Position numbers and translations under genes: made by a program. DNA of 64,000 bases from Candidatus Binatia bacterium (GTDB lineage: Bacteria > Desulfobacterota > Binatia > Bin18): contig CAXXHG010000003.1 in assembly GCA_963666315.2 (NCBI GenBank), forward strand, positions 8,134 to 72,133, given 5' to 3'. Shown here piece after piece: positions 51,760 to 64,000 of this stretch (the stretch's first letter is position 1; each line of letters starts with the position of its first letter). Under the pieces are notes generated by a model, which did no database searches, had not been told where the DNA came from, and was given only the letters and a program-made list of their open reading frames with translations.

Positions 51760-54700
51760 ATGCCGAAACGTACCGATCTGCATTCCATCTTGCTTATAGG
51801 TTCTGGCCCTATCGTCATTGGTCAGGCGTGTGAGTTTGACTACTCCGGCACCCAGGCGTGCAAGGCGCTCAAAGAAGAGGGCTATCGAGTCATCCTGGTC
51901 AATTCCAATCCTGCTACGATTATGACCGATCCGGACTTTGCCGACCGCACGTATATCGAGCCGCTTACTCTACCCATACTCGAAAAAATTATTGAAAGAG
52001 AACGCCCGGATGCCCTGTTGCCGACCGTAGGTGGGCAGACCGGACTGAACCTGGCTATTGATCTTGCTGAGGCCGGCATTCTCGATCGCTATGAGGTAGA
52101 GCTGATTGGCGCCAAGCTGCCCGCCATCAAAAAGGCAGAAGATCGTGATCTGTTTAAGACGGCTATGGAGCGGATAGGCCTGGATCTACCGAAAAGTGGC
52201 TGTATCCGTTCTCTCCAAGAAGCCGAGGCCTTACGCGATCAGCTTGGTTTGCCGCTTATTGTGCGCCCGTCCCGAACGCTGGGCGGTGCGGGTGGTGGCA
52301 TTGTCCAGTCTCAGGAGGAATTTCAGGGCATCGTCGCGTGGGGTCTCAAGGCGTCTCCTACGCATGAAGTCCTCATCGAAGAGTCGATTGCGGGCTGGAA
52401 AGAATTCGAGCTGGAGGTCATGCGCGACGTGAAGGACAACGTCGTTATCATTTGCTCCATCGAGAATTTTGATCCTCTCGGCGTGCATACGGGCGATTCG
52501 ATCACCGTTGCCCCGGCTCAGACGCTGACCGACAAAGAATACCAGATCATGCGGGACGCAGCCCTACGCATCATCCGTGAAATTGGGGTGGACACTGGCG
52601 GATCGAATATCCAGTTCGCCGTGCAGCCTGAGACCGGCCGGCTGGTGGTGATCGAAATGAATCCGCGCGTGTCTCGCTCCTCTGCCCTGGCCAGTAAAGC
52701 CACCGGATTTCCGATTGCCAAAATCGCGGCCAAACTCGCCGTGGGCTATACCTTGGACGAAATCCCGAATGATATCACCCGGGAAACGCCGGCCTCTTTC
52801 GAGCCGACGATAGACTATGTGGTGGTGAAGGTGCCGCGTTTTACCTTTGATAAATTTCCTCAAACGCCCGACGTGCTGGGACCGCAAATGAAGTCGGTCG
52901 GGGAGGCCATGTCGATAGGCCGGACGTTTAAAGAGGCGCTTCAAAAGGCGCTGCGTTCACTCGAAATCGACAGCTACGGATTTGAAGCGACAAACGGCGG
53001 CGCTGAGACTTCTCTTGATTCCATTCGTGAACGCCTGCAGACGCCGAATGCGCAACGACTGTGGTATGTGGCCGAAGCGCTGCGACTGGGGATGGACGTA
53101 GACGAACTCTATCAGGTCTCTCGGATTGATCCCTGGTTTCTCGACAATATCGCCCAGATCATAGCCTTTGAGAAAGAGCTGCAAAGTCATTCGGCCCAGT
53201 CTCTGGAATCGCTCGACCCCAGCCTGTTACGTCGGGCAAAGCAGATGGGCTTCTCAGACGTCCGGCTTGGAAAGCTGCTCGGAGTGAGTGAAGATGCCGT
53301 GCGCGTGCAGCGGGAACAATTAGACATCATCCCTGTTTATAAAACCGTAGATACGTGCGCGGCTGAATTTGTAGCGCATACGCCCTATCTGTATTCAACG
53401 TATGAAGAGGAGGACGAATCCCAGCCGACCGACCGTAAGAAAGTCATGATCTTGGGCGGCGGTCCAAACCGCATCGGTCAGGGCATTGAGTTTGACTACT
53501 GCTGCGTGCACGCCGCCTTTGCGCTCAAAGAGGATGGGTTTGAGACCATCATGGTCAACTGCAACCCGGAGACGGTCAGCACCGACTATGACACGTCGGA
53601 CAAGCTCTATTTTGAACCTCTGACTCTAGAAGACGTGCTGAGTATCGTCCACCGGGAAAAGCCGTTTGGCGTGATTGTGCAATTTGGCGGGCAAACGCCG
53701 CTCAAGTTAGCCATCCCTCTCGAACGAGCTGGGGTACCGATACTTGGGACAACGCCGGATGCGATTGACCGAGCGGAAGATCGGGAACGTTTTAAGGACA
53801 TGCTTGAGCAATTGGGCTTACGACAGCCAGCGAATGGCACGGCCCGGTCTGTTGAGGCTGCGGTAGCGATTGCCCAAGACCTTTCCTATCCTGTCTTGGT
53901 CCGTCCCTCCTATGTGCTCGGCGGACGCGCCATGGAGATTGTGTATGACGAAGCCAGCTTGAGACGCTATATACGCGAGGCAGTGTCTGTATCAGAAAAG
54001 CGGCCCGTGCTGGTTGATAAATTCCTGGATGATGCGACTGAGGTCGATGTGGATGCCCTGAGCGATGGGCGAACGGTCGTCATCGGGGGCATCATGGAGC
54101 ATATCGAGCTGGCCGGCGTCCACTCGGGGGACAGTGCCTGTTCGCTCCCGCCTCGCACGCTATCCTCAACTGTACAGGCTGAGATTCGCCGTCAAACGAC
54201 ACTCCTGGCTCAGGAGCTCGGCGTAGTTGGTTTGATGAATATCCAATTCGCGGTCCAGGAGGATACCGTCTTCCTGATTGAGGTGAATCCGCGTGCCTCG
54301 CGGACCGTCCCGTTTGTCAGTAAGGCGACTGGTATTCCGCTCGCAAAAATGGCAGCCCGGGTAATGGCGGGGAAAACCTTGCAGGAATTGGGTTTCACTC
54401 AGGAAGTCATTCCCAAGCATGTCAGCGTCAAGGAAGCCGTCTTTCCGTTTATTAAATTTCCGGGTGTGGATACGGTCCTCGGTCCGGAAATGAAATCGAC
54501 TGGAGAAGTCATGGGGATGGATTATTCCTTTGCCATGGCCTTTGCAAAAGCCCAGATTGCGGCCGGCACCCTGCTGCCCGAAACCGGGCAGGCATTCTTG
54601 AGCGTGCGTGGTCGAGATAAGCCTGTGACCTTGGCAATCGCCAAGCAGCTGGCTGCAAGCGGATTCTCGTTGATTGCAACTCGTGGGACTGCAGCCTATC

Positions 54701-54993
54701 TCCAAAACGCAGGCCTGACGGTTGAGGTCGTCAACAAAGTGCTAGAAGGCTCGCCGCATATTGTGGATGCCCTGCAAGCCGGTTCGATTGCCTTGGTGAT
54801 CAATACGACTGAAGGGGCCCAATCATTAAAGGACTCGTTTTCGATTCGGCGTAACGCGTTGGAGTATCAAGTGCCGTATTTTACGACTATTGCAGGGGCG
54901 GAAGCTGCGGTCGAAGGGATCGTGCGCCTGAAGCAAGGCCTGCTTGGGGTGTGTCCGCTGCAAGATTATCATGACTCAAAGCAGCATGCCTAA
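51760..54993 (+). CDS. carB: Carbamoyl-phosphate synthase large subunit
   Basis: [16 protein letters not shown], two ATP-grasp halves, MGS domain. Confidence 0.98.
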   Translation: MPKRTDLHSILLIGSGPIVIGQACEFDYSGTQACKALKEEGYRVILVNSNPATIMTDPDFADRTYIEPLTLPILEKIIERERPDALLPTVGGQTGLNLAIDLAEAGILDRYEVELIGAKLPAIKKAEDRDLFKTAMERIGLDLPKSGCIRSLQEAEALRDQLGLPLIVRPSRTLGGAGGGIVQSQEEFQGIVAWGLKASPTHEVLIEESIAGWKEFELEVMRDVKDNVVIICSIENFDPLGVHTGDSITVAPAQTLTDKEYQIMRDAALRIIREIGVDTGGSNIQFAVQPETGRLVVIEMNPRVSRSSALASKATGFPIAKIAAKLAVGYTLDEIPNDITRETPASFEPTIDYVVVKVPRFTFDKFPQTPDVLGPQMKSVGEAMSIGRTFKEALQKALRSLEIDSYGFEATNGGAETSLDSIRERLQTPNAQRLWYVAEALRLGMDVDELYQVSRIDPWFLDNIAQIIAFEKELQSHSAQSLESLDPSLLRRAKQMGFSDVRLGKLLGVSEDAVRVQREQLDIIPVYKTVDTCAAEFVAHTPYLYSTYEEEDESQPTDRKKVMILGGGPNRIGQGIEFDYCCVHAAFALKEDGFETIMVNCNPETVSTDYDTSDKLYFEPLTLEDVLSIVHREKPFGVIVQFGGQTPLKLAIPLERAGVPILGTTPDAIDRAEDRERFKDMLEQLGLRQPANGTARSVEAAVAIAQDLSYPVLVRPSYVLGGRAMEIVYDEASLRRYIREAVSVSEKRPVLVDKFLDDATEVDVDALSDGRTVVIGGIMEHIELAGVHSGDSACSLPPRTLSSTVQAEIRRQTTLLAQELGVVGLMNIQFAVQEDTVFLIEVNPRASRTVPFVSKATGIPLAKMAARVMAGKTLQELGFTQEVIPKHVSVKEAVFPFIKFPGVDTVLGPEMKSTGEVMGMDYSFAMAFAKAQIAAGTLLPETGQAFLSVRGRDKPVTLAIAKQLAASGFSLIATRGTAAYLQNAGLTVEVVNKVLEGSPHIVDALQAGSIALVINTTEGAQSLKDSFSIRRNALEYQVPYFTTIAGAEAAVEGIVRLKQGLLGVCPLQDYHDSKQHA

Positions 54994-57145
54994 CGGGACC
55001 AGCCATTCTGCGTCATTTGCCTCTTCTTCCTCTTCCTCTCGCTCGTTCCGTTCCTCCCAACCTCCGCTCAAGAAGCCGGTTCAATACGTCAAAGGCGTTG
55101 GCCCGCGTCGTGCGGAGCAACTGGCCCGGCTCGGCATAACGACAGTCGAAGACCTGCTGTATCACATCCCGTTCCGTTACCAGGATCGGCGTGAGATCAA
55201 AAAAATTCGCGATCTTGAGATCGGAGACGAGACTGCTATAACCGGACAAATCGCGCGTATGGGACGTCGCTTTCTGGCCCGTCGGCGTCGCTGGGTGCTC
55301 GAAGCCGTTGTCCGAGACGAGACCGGTTTCCTCTTTTTGTTGTGGTATCACCAGCACCGCTATTTCCAGCAGCGCTATCAGCTCGGCCAGAGTGTCCTGC
55401 TATACGGCAAGGTTGAAAAGGGCATGAAGGGCGGCAAGTGGATGATCCACCCCGACATGGAGCCGCTTGAAGAAGAGGCGGAGACCGCGCGTGTTTTGCC
55501 CATTTATAATAAGACCACAGAGATGACAGTTGCCGCCATGCGGCGCATTGTGCACGGTGCGGTCGATCAACATGCCGATCTTGTGCCGAACGGGGTGCCG
55601 CAGGAAATTTGTGAACGACTCCAGTTGATGCCGCTCAGTCTAGCACTCCGTAACCTGCATTTCCCGCCGCTCGATGTTGAGATTGCCGAATTAAATGAGG
55701 CCACTTCCCCGGCGCACCGAGCGGTTGTGTTTGACGAATTATTCTATCTACAACTGGGTATGGCGCTCCGGCGGCGCAACATTGTCAAGGAAGAAGGTCT
55801 CTACATTGTTCCGGGGCCACTTGTCCAGCAGATGTACGGTATCTTGCCGTTTCGGTTAACCGGCGCACAAGAGCGGGTTGTGGAGACGATCTTTCGGGAT
55901 ATGGCCGCTCCACATCCCATGAATCGTTTAGTCCAAGGTGACGTTGGCTCGGGCAAGACGATCGTCGCGTTCCTTGCCGCCTTAGCCGCGCTTGATAGTG
56001 GCTATCAAGTTGCGTTTATGGCCCCGACCGAACTCTTGGCGGAACAGCATTGCCGGACGCTGACACCGCTGGTGGAACAGCTTGGCATTTCCATGGTCCT
56101 GTTGACGGGAGACACCCGGGCGAAGCGCAAACAAGAAATTTATAACCTGCTGGAGCGCGGTGAGGTCGAGATCGTGATAGGCACGCATGCGCTGATTCAA
56201 GACAGCGTGAGCTTCAAACATCTGGGCCTGACCATCGTAGACGAACAGCATCGCTTTGGGGTGATGCAGCGCGCCGCATTACGTAAACGCGGGGTCAATC
56301 CGGATATTTTGTTACTGACGGCAACACCTATCCCGCGGACCTTGTCGCTGACGATGTATGGCGACCTGGATGTATCGGCTATTGATGAACTTCCGCCCGG
56401 CCGCAAGCCGATCACCACCCGAATCTTTCATGAAGGCCAACGCAAAAAAGTCTATCAACTGGTGAAAGAGCAGATAGACCAGGGCCATCAAGCCTATGTG
56501 GTGTATCCCTTGGTTGAAGAGTCGGAGAAATTAGATCTCAAGGCAGCAACAACCATGGCCAAGGCATTGTCACAGACCTTTTTTGCGGACTATTCGGTCG
56601 GCTTGGTGCACGGTCGGCTCAAAGGCGAGGAAAAAGATGCAGTGATGCAGCGCTTTAAGAGCGGCGAGCATCAGCTGCTCGTTTCGACCACGGTGATTGA
56701 AGTCGGCATTGATGTTCCGAACGCAACGGTTATTGTCATCGAACACGCTGAGCGGTTCGGGTTGGCCCAATTGCATCAATTACGGGGGCGGGTGGGGCGT
56801 GGGCAAGCGGCCTCGTTCTGTTTATTGTTGGCCCAGTATACCCCAGCTGATGAGTCTATCCGGCGTCTTCGGGTAATGGCGGAGACGAATGATGGGTTCA
56901 AGATTGCCGAGGCAGATCTGGCGTTTCGCGGGCCGGGCGAATTTCTCGGCACGCGGCAATCCGGCATGCCGGACTTTCGCGTAGCTAATATCGTGCGTGA
57001 CAGCAAGATTCTCGAAACGGCTCGTGACGAAGCGCTCGCCTGGCTGGAGCGCGACCCTGATCTCGCCTCACCAGAGTCGCGCCGTCTGCGAGCCGTGCTC
57101 GAAGACCGCTGGGCCGGACGGCTTGAGCTGGCACGGGTGGGGTAA
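54986..57145 (+). CDS. recG: ATP-dependent DNA helicase RecG
   Basis: [37 protein letters not shown]. Start codon uncertain. Confidence 0.96.
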   Translation: MPNGTSHSASFASSSSSSRSFRSSQPPLKKPVQYVKGVGPRRAEQLARLGITTVEDLLYHIPFRYQDRREIKKIRDLEIGDETAITGQIARMGRRFLARRRRWVLEAVVRDETGFLFLLWYHQHRYFQQRYQLGQSVLLYGKVEKGMKGGKWMIHPDMEPLEEEAETARVLPIYNKTTEMTVAAMRRIVHGAVDQHADLVPNGVPQEICERLQLMPLSLALRNLHFPPLDVEIAELNEATSPAHRAVVFDELFYLQLGMALRRRNIVKEEGLYIVPGPLVQQMYGILPFRLTGAQERVVETIFRDMAAPHPMNRLVQGDVGSGKTIVAFLAALAALDSGYQVAFMAPTELLAEQHCRTLTPLVEQLGISMVLLTGDTRAKRKQEIYNLLERGEVEIVIGTHALIQDSVSFKHLGLTIVDEQHRFGVMQRAALRKRGVNPDILLLTATPIPRTLSLTMYGDLDVSAIDELPPGRKPITTRIFHEGQRKKVYQLVKEQIDQGHQAYVVYPLVEESEKLDLKAATTMAKALSQTFFADYSVGLVHGRLKGEEKDAVMQRFKSGEHQLLVSTTVIEVGIDVPNATVIVIEHAERFGLAQLHQLRGRVGRGQAASFCLLLAQYTPADESIRRLRVMAETNDGFKIAEADLAFRGPGEFLGTRQSGMPDFRVANIVRDSKILETARDEALAWLERDPDLASPESRRLRAVLEDRWAGRLELARVG

Positions 57146-57220
57146 TTCCTATCCATCTCCGCTGATTCTATCCCTAGCCTCTCTCGTATACTTCTCGCAA
57201 GAAAGCAGCGTACCGACTAC

Positions 57221-57288
57221 TGTCATTCTGAGCGTAGCGAAGAATCTAACCCCTGGGAGAGAGCCTTCGCCTCCGGCTCAGAATGACA
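57221..57288. repeat. 68-bp palindromic element (REP/MITE-like)
   Basis: Perfect 13-bp inverted repeat TGTCATTCTGAGC...GCTCAGAATGACA with an inner CGAAG/CTTCG pair. Confidence 0.8.
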
Positions 57289-57379
57289 CCAGCGGAGGAT
57301 CCGGGGGCAGACAAGCGAAACGCTACTACCAAAAAGGATTTGGTATTATACAATCCTGTGCGTCACGTAGGTGAATGCA

Positions 57380-60300
57380 ATGGATTTTCTTGAGGTTCTT
57401 GAGCAAGCGCGGGAAGTGCTGCAGCGCAAAGGACGGATGACCTACCGGGCACTGAAACGCCAGTTTGCCCTGGATGATGATTACATAGAAGATCTCAAGG
57501 CTGAACTCATCAAAGCCGACCGTGTCGCGAGAGACGAAGATGGTGAAGTGCTCGTCTGGATCGGGGATGGGGAGACGAAACCAGCGTCAGACAAAACTCT
57601 GCTCCAATCCCAACCCCCCTCCACCTGCACGCCGCCCGACCTCGCTGAGCGTATCCGAGCCGAACAGCAAGCCACGGAATCGCGGGGGCAACCGACGGCG
57701 AGCGGAAAACCATCACGGCCCTGTTCGCTGACCTCAAAGGCTCGACGGCGTTGATCGAAGGCCTCGACCCCGAGGACGCCCGGACCATTATCGACCCAGC
57801 GCTGCAGTTGATGATGGACGCCGTGCATCGGTACGACGGCTACGTGGCCCAGGCGTTGGGCGATGGTATCTTTGCCCTGTTTGGTGCTCCCATCGCCCAT
57901 AAGGACCATCCGCAACGGGCACTGTATGCGGCGCTGCGGATGCAAGAGGAGATGCGGGGGTATTCCGACCAGGTCCGACTCAAACACGGCATCCCGCTCC
58001 AGATGCGCGTCGGTATCAATACCGGTGAAGTCGTGGTGCGTTCCATTCGGAAGGTTGATTTACATACTGATTATGTTCCTGTGGGCCATTCCACGAACCT
58101 GGCGGCGCGCATGGAACAAATGGCTAATCCGGGCTCGATTGTGATCAGCGAGTATACGCGCAAACTCACCGAAGGGTATTTCGATCTGAAGGCGTTGGGC
58201 GAAGCCGAAATCAAAGGCATGGAAGAGCCACTCAACGTCTATGAAGTACTCGGCGCGGGTCCGCTGCGCACCCGTCTTCAGGTCTCGGCCCGTCATGGGC
58301 TGACCCGATTCCTGGGCCGCCACAGTGAACTGGAGCAGAAGCAGCAGGCGTTGGCGCAAGCCAAAGAAGGCCACGGGCAAATCGTGGGCGTGCTGGGCGA
58401 GCCGGGACTGGGAAGTCTCGGCTGTTCTATGAATTCAAGCTCACCTCGCAGAGTGGCTGTCTCGTTTTAGAAGCGTTCCCGGTCTCATATGGGAAAGCCT
58501 CGCCCTATCTGCCTGTCATCGAACTGCTGAAGAGCTACTTCCAGATTGAGCCCGCAGACGACGAGCGGACACGGAAAGAGAAAGTCACGGGCAAAGTCCA
58601 CATCCTGGAGCGCAGTCTCGAAGACGCCCTCCCCTATCTGTTCGCTCTCCTCGGTATCGAAGATCCCCAATCCAGCCTGCAGCAAATGGATGCCCAGATT
58701 CGATGACGCCGGAGGTTTGAGGCGCTCAAGAAACTCTTCTTCCGAGAGAGCCTCAATCAGCCGCTCATCCTGGTGTTTGAGGACTTGCATTGGATCGATA
58801 CCGAGACACAAGGGTTCCTGGACACCTTCACCGATAGTGTCGCCTCTGCCAACCTCTTGCTGTTGGTGAACTATCGGCCCGAATACAAGCATGAGTGGGG
58901 GCAGAAGACGTATTACAGGCAGCTGCGCCTCGGCCCGCTAGGCAAGGCCGAGGCGGACGAGTTGCTGACGTTTCTGCTGGGCACTGATGCGAGTCTCACC
59001 GCCCTGAAGCCGCTCGTTTTAGAAAAGACAGAGGGGACGCCATTCTTTGTGGAGGAGGTGGTGCAGACGTTGGCGGAAGAGGGCGTGCTCCGCGGCGGAC
59101 GCGGGAACTACAGCCTGGAGGCGACACCCACCGAACTCCATATCTCCCCCACAGTCCAAGGCGTGTTGGCCGCCCGGATCGACCGGCTGACGGCAGAAGA
59201 GAAAGAGCTGTTGCAACAGCTCTCTGTGATCGGACGGCAGTTTCCGGTGAGCCTCGTTGAACAGGTCGTCAGCCAGCCGGAAGCCGACTTGTATCGCGTC
59301 TTGTCGTCGCTCCAGTCAAAAGAATTCCTCTACGAACAGCCGGCGTTCCCCGAGGTCGAGTATCTCTTTAAGCATGTGCTGACGCAGGACGTGGCCTATC
59401 GCACGGTGCTCCAGGAGCAGCGGAAAGGCCTGCATGAGCGGACCGGGCAAGGCATTGAATCGCTTTATACGGATAGTTTGGACGACCATTACAGTGAGCT
59501 TGCAACTCATTACAGTCGGAGTGGGAATACGGAAAAGGCGATAGAGTATCTGTATCTCGCGGGGGAACAGGCGAGTCAGCGGTCGGCCAACGAGGAAGCG
59601 GCCAGCTATCTTACGGAGGCTTTGGCGTTGCTCAAGACGCTGCCGGATACGCCCACCCGCTCCCAACAAGAATTGATGCTACTCGTGACCCTTGGTTCTA
59701 CGTTACTGTTGACAAAGGGCTGGGGAGCAGAGGAGGTGAAAACGGTCTTGACCCGCGCCCAGGAGCTCTGCCACTACTTAGGCGAAACCGGCCCCCCTAA
59801 CATCATATTCGGCTTGTGGGTGATGTATTTCTCGCGCGCAGAATACGCGCAGGCGCGCGCGATTGGGGAGCAGTTCCGCACCCTCGCGCACGCTACCCAA
59901 AACTCGGCCTATCTACTCGGAGCGTGCTACACAGTGGGAGCGAATCTCTACCAGGTGGGGGAACCGATGCGAGCACGAGAACAGCTCGACCACGCCATTT
60001 CCCTCTACGACCGGCAGCAGGCTCACACGCTCCTCGCCCTCTATCCGACGGATTTAGGGGTAGAAGGGCGAAGTATGCAGGCCGTAGTGTTGTGGCTGCT
60101 TGGCTATCCCGAGCAGGGCTTGCAGCGGAGCCAGGAAGCGCTCAGCTTAGCTCAGGAACTGGCTCACCCCTTTAGTCTGGCTTTTGCCATGAGCTCCACT
60201 GCCCTGCTCCATCAGTTTCGCCGAGAGAGGCAAGCCGTCCAGGACCGGGCCGAGGCCGTCATAGCGCTGGCCGAGCAGGAACACGGAGGGGCAGGCCTAA

Positions 60301-60770
60301 GCCAGCTACGCGAGGGACTGGCTGCCTGGTGGGCCACGGGGGCAGAGTTGTGGCGGTCGCAGTTTCTTGCCGTATTGGCCGAGGCCTACGGCAAAGACGA
60401 GCAGGTTGAGGAAGGGCTCAGTACGGTAGCCGAGGCGTTGGCTTTCGTCGAGAGAACCGAGGAGCGTTACTATGAGGCCGAGCTGTATCGGCTGCAGGGG
60501 GAGCTGACGCTACAAGCAGACAAGCGGAGTCCGGAGGCCAAAGGCAAAGAAGCCGCAGCGTGTTTTCACAAGGCCATCGAAGTCGCGCGCTCCCAGCAAG
60601 CCAAGTCCTGGGAGCTTCGCGCCGCCACAAGCTTGGCGCGTTTGTGGCAGCAGCAAGGGAAGCGGGCAGAAGTGCATGAGTTGCTGGCACCGGTGTATGA
60701 GTGGTTTACCGAAGGATTTGATACGGCGGACCTCAAGGATGCCAAGATATTGTTGGGAGTTCTGATATGA
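57380..60770 (+). pseudogene. Class III nucleotide cyclase-NTPase-TPR signalling protein, disrupted
   Basis: ERKTITALFADLKGS, GDG, RVGINTG, NLAARM, GEPGLG, EDLHWID, ELRAA. Frameshifts near 57685 and 58415, in-frame TGA at 58704-58706. Confidence 0.85.
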
Positions 60771-60786
60771 TTGAGGGGCGTCTCTC

Positions 60787-61121
60787 GTTATATTACCCAG
60801 CGATACTCTCATCGCTCCTGAAAAGCTGACCAAGTATCTCTTGGTGCAACGAACATTTGACGACAAGTCTCAATTCCTGCGGCAAGCAGGGTATACTCTT
60901 GATAATTGGAAACAACTTGAAAAAGATTTACGCTGCAAGTGCTCTCCGCTGATGCAACCTTAATCGAGCACACGAACTACGGAGATATTCTTGATATTCG
61001 TTCCGCACTCACCGGTCCCAACAGGAAGACGTTGTTCGTGAGAACGATCTGGATGAATGAGCGGAAGAGCGGTGTGACCAAGTTCATTACTTTATATCCA
61101 GATAAAGGGAGGCTGCCGTGA
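60787..61121 (+). pseudogene. DUF6883-like putative toxin with a frameshift near 60935 and no clear start codon
   Basis: LPSDTLIAPEKLTKYLL..DKSQFL..AGY, then in another frame LTGPN..VRTIW..FITLYP. Confidence 0.65.
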
Positions 61122-61360
61122 AGTATGAGCTTTTTCAACGGGTCGCTTTAGCGCAGGACCTGCCGGAGAAACGCCTCCGACGTGGGGATGTGGTGACAAT
61201 CGTTGATCGCCACCCTCCAAACGGCGGGGAACCTGGCTACTCCATTGAAGTCTTCAACGCCTTAGGCGAGACGATTGCGGTGACGGCTGTTCCAGAGTCG
61301 TGCCTCCAGTCACTTACTGCAAATGATATCATCCACGTCAGATCTTTGGCGGAAGCATAA
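61118..61360 (+). CDS. DUF4926 family protein
   Basis: VAL..DLPE..L.RGDV.TIV, GYSIEVFNA.GETIAV. Confidence 0.82.
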   Translation: MKYELFQRVALAQDLPEKRLRRGDVVTIVDRHPPNGGEPGYSIEVFNALGETIAVTAVPESCLQSLTANDIIHVRSLAEA

Positions 61361-61473
61361 GATCCAGGCAAAAGTGGTACGGAAGCCCCAAAGATCTCTC
61401 ATGTTCGATAAATGCCGCTGGGATTGGAAGAAAGCTGGGATGAGGCTCAACTTCAATGAGATCCTTACCCAAG

Positions 61474-62304
61474 TCACGCTGCGGCCAATCTGGACACAAA
61501 GCTCTTAATAAAGGCGTTCACTTGGTCCGGGACTTCGAGTTGCAGGAAGTGACCCGTGCCTATCGCCCGTGCAAGTTCGACCTGTTCCACCTGCTTGAAA
61601 CAGGATTTGAGGTGCTCCGGATCAGCGGCTTGGGGGAAGGCCTCTGCCATCCAGGGCCCAACCATGACGAGGGTAGGCTGGCGCATTGCGGCCGCCGGAG
61701 TGGCGGAGTCGGCGGCCATCAGACGGATCTCTTTGACGCGCACGTCTACCGGGGTGCGACAGGCCTCGGCGACCGCTGTCTCGACGAGCGCTCGGTCGGT
61801 CTGGGCGCCAAAAAAGCTGGTATACAGCTCCCGAAAATACTGCTCTCCTTCCGGGGCCGTCAATTTCTCTATCATCTCTGCGTAAAACAGCTCGGACCTG
61901 TTCGTCGGGTTCTCCAGATCGGCCTCCGGCATCGCGGCAGAGTCGACCATGACGTAGGCGCGGACCAAATCTGGATAGTCGTGGCTGAGGGAGATCCCGG
62001 CTGGGGCACCGCCGGCGTGAGCAATCGCCACGGCGTTGGCGAAGCCTTCGTGCCGAGCGATGGCCGCGATGTCTGCGGCGTGCTGTTGGGGCGTATGGCC
62101 GGAACCAGGGGTGGTAGACTTGCCCATGCCCCGCCGGTCCATGCGGAGAATGCGATGTGAGTCCTGGAAATTGTTGGCCTGGGATTCCCAGTGATTCAGA
62201 TTGGAGCACCAGCCGTGAATGAAGATCAGGCCGGGGTTGCCCCGTTCATTTCCCTCAACTTTGTAGTACAACTCGGCGCCGTCTTCGGTTCTAAATGTCG
62301 GCAT
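61474..62304 (-). CDS. Alpha/beta hydrolase fold protein lacking the nucleophile Ser
   Basis: FIHGW, DRRGMGKS, elbow AHAGG, GTGHFLQLE. GAGGAGG RBS. Confidence 0.85.
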   Translation of the reverse strand: MPTFRTEDGAELYYKVEGNERGNPGLIFIHGWCSNLNHWESQANNFQDSHRILRMDRRGMGKSTTPGSGHTPQQHAADIAAIARHEGFANAVAIAHAGGAPAGISLSHDYPDLVRAYVMVDSAAMPEADLENPTNRSELFYAEMIEKLTAPEGEQYFRELYTSFFGAQTDRALVETAVAEACRTPVDVRVKEIRLMAADSATPAAAMRQPTLVMVGPWMAEAFPQAADPEHLKSCFKQVEQVELARAIGTGHFLQLEVPDQVNAFIKSFVSRLAAA

Positions 62305-62449
62305 AATTCCCTCCTCGCCATAACTGCGTCCTATAATAGGGTGGAGTGATGGAGCTGGCAATCTCGCCTTCTTTACAGAGAGCTGATGTTGACAGATAGG
62401 GAATGCACCTACTCCTGGGCCGCAAGGTTGATCGTGCTAGGATCGGCGT

Positions 62450-62683
62450 ATGAAAACAAACCTGACATTGAAGCTTGATGCCAACCTCATTAGAAAGGCA
62501 AAGGTCCTGGCAGCAAAGCAGGGGATTTCAGTCAGCCGTCTGCTGACAGATCAGCTAGAGACCCTCATTCGGCGCGACAAAGTATACGAGCGGGCAAAGC
62601 GCCGGGCATTGGCGCGGTTAGAGTGCGGCTTCAATCTCAGCTGGACGCCTGCTGTCTCACGAGACGAGGTCCATGAGTGCTAG
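62450..62683 (+). CDS. RHH/CopG-like (DUF6364-type) antitoxin
   Basis: NLTLKLD..LIRKAK..AA..G.SVS, SRDEVHE ending. Confidence 0.8.
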   Translation: MKTNLTLKLDANLIRKAKVLAAKQGISVSRLLTDQLETLIRRDKVYERAKRRALARLECGFNLSWTPAVSRDEVHEC

Positions 62684-62750
62684 GTGTTTTGTCGATACTA
62701 ATATCCTTAGCAAATCCTTGGCGCAGTGAAAGTCGTCAACCAATTCTTTC
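62673..62750 (+). pseudogene. PIN (VapC-like) toxin with nearly the whole interior deleted
   Basis: [12 protein letters not shown] joined to [10 protein letters not shown] in another frame. Confidence 0.72.
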
Positions 62751-62883
62751 AGGAAAAAGGCAACTAGTCTTCGTCTGCCTGTGTTTGACCCTTTCTCCGA
62801 AATCGCTTATATCCATACATATAGTCTGGTCCCGCCAAGCTACGGCTAAATGTTCCAAAATTAAGAGGTTTTACAACATATTT

Positions 62884-64000
62884 ATGGACTTTCCACGTAT
62901 TAAGCGGCTGCCCCCATATCTGTTTGCCACTCTCGATAAAATGAAGATGGAAGCCCGCTGGGCAGGCGAGGACATCATTGATTTTGGGATGGGGAATCCG
63001 GACCATCCGTCCCCTCAGCATGTTGTCGACAAATTGGTTGAGGCTGCTGCAAAGCCTCAGAATCATCGCTATTCGACCTCACGTGGGCTGTATAAACTTC
63101 GCCTGGCAATTTGCGATTGGTATAAACGTCGCTTTGAGGTCGCGCTTGATCCAGAGTCCGAGGCTATCGTGACCATCGGGTCCAAAGAGGGTCTCTCCCA
63201 TATGGCGCTCTCTATCCTTGGGCCGGGCGATGTGGCCATCTGCCCGGACCCAACCTATCCCATCCATCAGTATTCGATTGTGATGGCCAATGCTGATTTG
63301 CGAGTGGTGCCGCTTCGACCTGGAGAAGATTTCTTTGCTTCACTCCAAGAGACGGTTCGGCAGTGCTGGCCTCGACCCACAGTGCTCTTGTTGAGCTTTC
63401 CGCATAATCCCACGACCACTGTTGTGGATCTCGACTTTTTTACGCGTGTGGTGGATTTTGCGCGTGAGCATACGCTGTTTGTCATTCACGACTTTGCGTA
63501 TGCGGATCTCTTTTTTGACGGCTATACGCCACCCAGCTTTCTGCAGGTAGCGGGTGCAAAAGAGATCGGTGTCGAGTTCTTCAGCTTGTCTAAGTCTTAC
63601 GATATGCCCGGCTGGCGGGTCGGCTTTGCCTGCGGCAATCAGGAAGCCATTATGGCCCTGGGCCGCCTCAAGAGTTATTTCGACTACGGCATTTTTCAGC
63701 CCATTCAAATTGCTGCCATTCATGCCCTCAACGGGCCGCAGGACTGTGTTGAAGACATGCGCCAACGCTATCGGCTAAGACGCGATGTGCTGATCGACGG
63801 GTTGGAGCGGGTGGGCTGGGATATCCCCAAGCCCAAAGGCACGATGTTTGTCTGGGCCGAGATTCCCGAGCCGTTTCGGGCGATGGGCTCTATGGCCTTT
63901 GCCAAATTTCTCTTGACTGAAGCCAAAGTTTCTGTTTCTCCAGGCATCGGTTTCGGCCCATACGGAGAGGGCTATGTGCGTTTTTCTCTTATTGAGAATG
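62884..64000 (+). CDS. Class I/II PLP aminotransferase (AlaC / LL-DAP aminotransferase-like), 3'-partial
   Basis: [50 protein letters not shown]. Open to the window end. Confidence 0.9.
   Translation, partial: MDFPRIKRLPPYLFATLDKMKMEARWAGEDIIDFGMGNPDHPSPQHVVDKLVEAAAKPQNHRYSTSRGLYKLRLAICDWYKRRFEVALDPESEAIVTIGSKEGLSHMALSILGPGDVAICPDPTYPIHQYSIVMANADLRVVPLRPGEDFFASLQETVRQCWPRPTVLLLSFPHNPTTTVVDLDFFTRVVDFAREHTLFVIHDFAYADLFFDGYTPPSFLQVAGAKEIGVEFFSLSKSYDMPGWRVGFACGNQEAIMALGRLKSYFDYGIFQPIQIAAIHALNGPQDCVEDMRQRYRLRRDVLIDGLERVGWDIPKPKGTMFVWAEIPEPFRAMGSMAFAKFLLTEAKVSVSPGIGFGPYGEGYVRFSLIEN

Overview
64 kb of bacterial chromosome, probably from a deltaproteobacterium-like lineage such as Binatia (inferred from gene content and order, not verified). 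Housekeeping blocks: tetrapyrrole operon sirC-ccsA-hemA-hemC-cobA/hemD-hemB; hisE-hisG; lysA; dtd-DUF1285-trmL; lgt-tlpA; ctpA-xseA-xseB-ispA-tlyA-tenA; pyrR-pyrB-pyrC-carA-carB-recG behind a PyrR attenuator; and a partial alaC-like aminotransferase. These alternate with accessory oxidoreductases and many decaying genes (MFS, GNAT, hybrid kinase, receiver-PilB fusion, cyclase-NTPase-TPR). No rRNA, tRNA, CRISPR array or intact transposase was seen. Best leads: (1) a MoxR AAA+ gene and a VWA gene joined by an A8 run at exactly the point where the +1 frame opens, a candidate recoding site that would give both free ATPase and an ATPase-VWA fusion; (2) a 57-aa basic small protein with an ArfA-like K-K-Y-x-R motif, absent from the ORF track; (3) six toxin-antitoxin loci, five with a visibly damaged or altered toxin; (4) a DUF559 nuclease bracketed by its own palindromic repeat family, alongside GTAG-REPs, a RAYT remnant and a MITE. 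Protein family calls come from motif recognition, not database searches.
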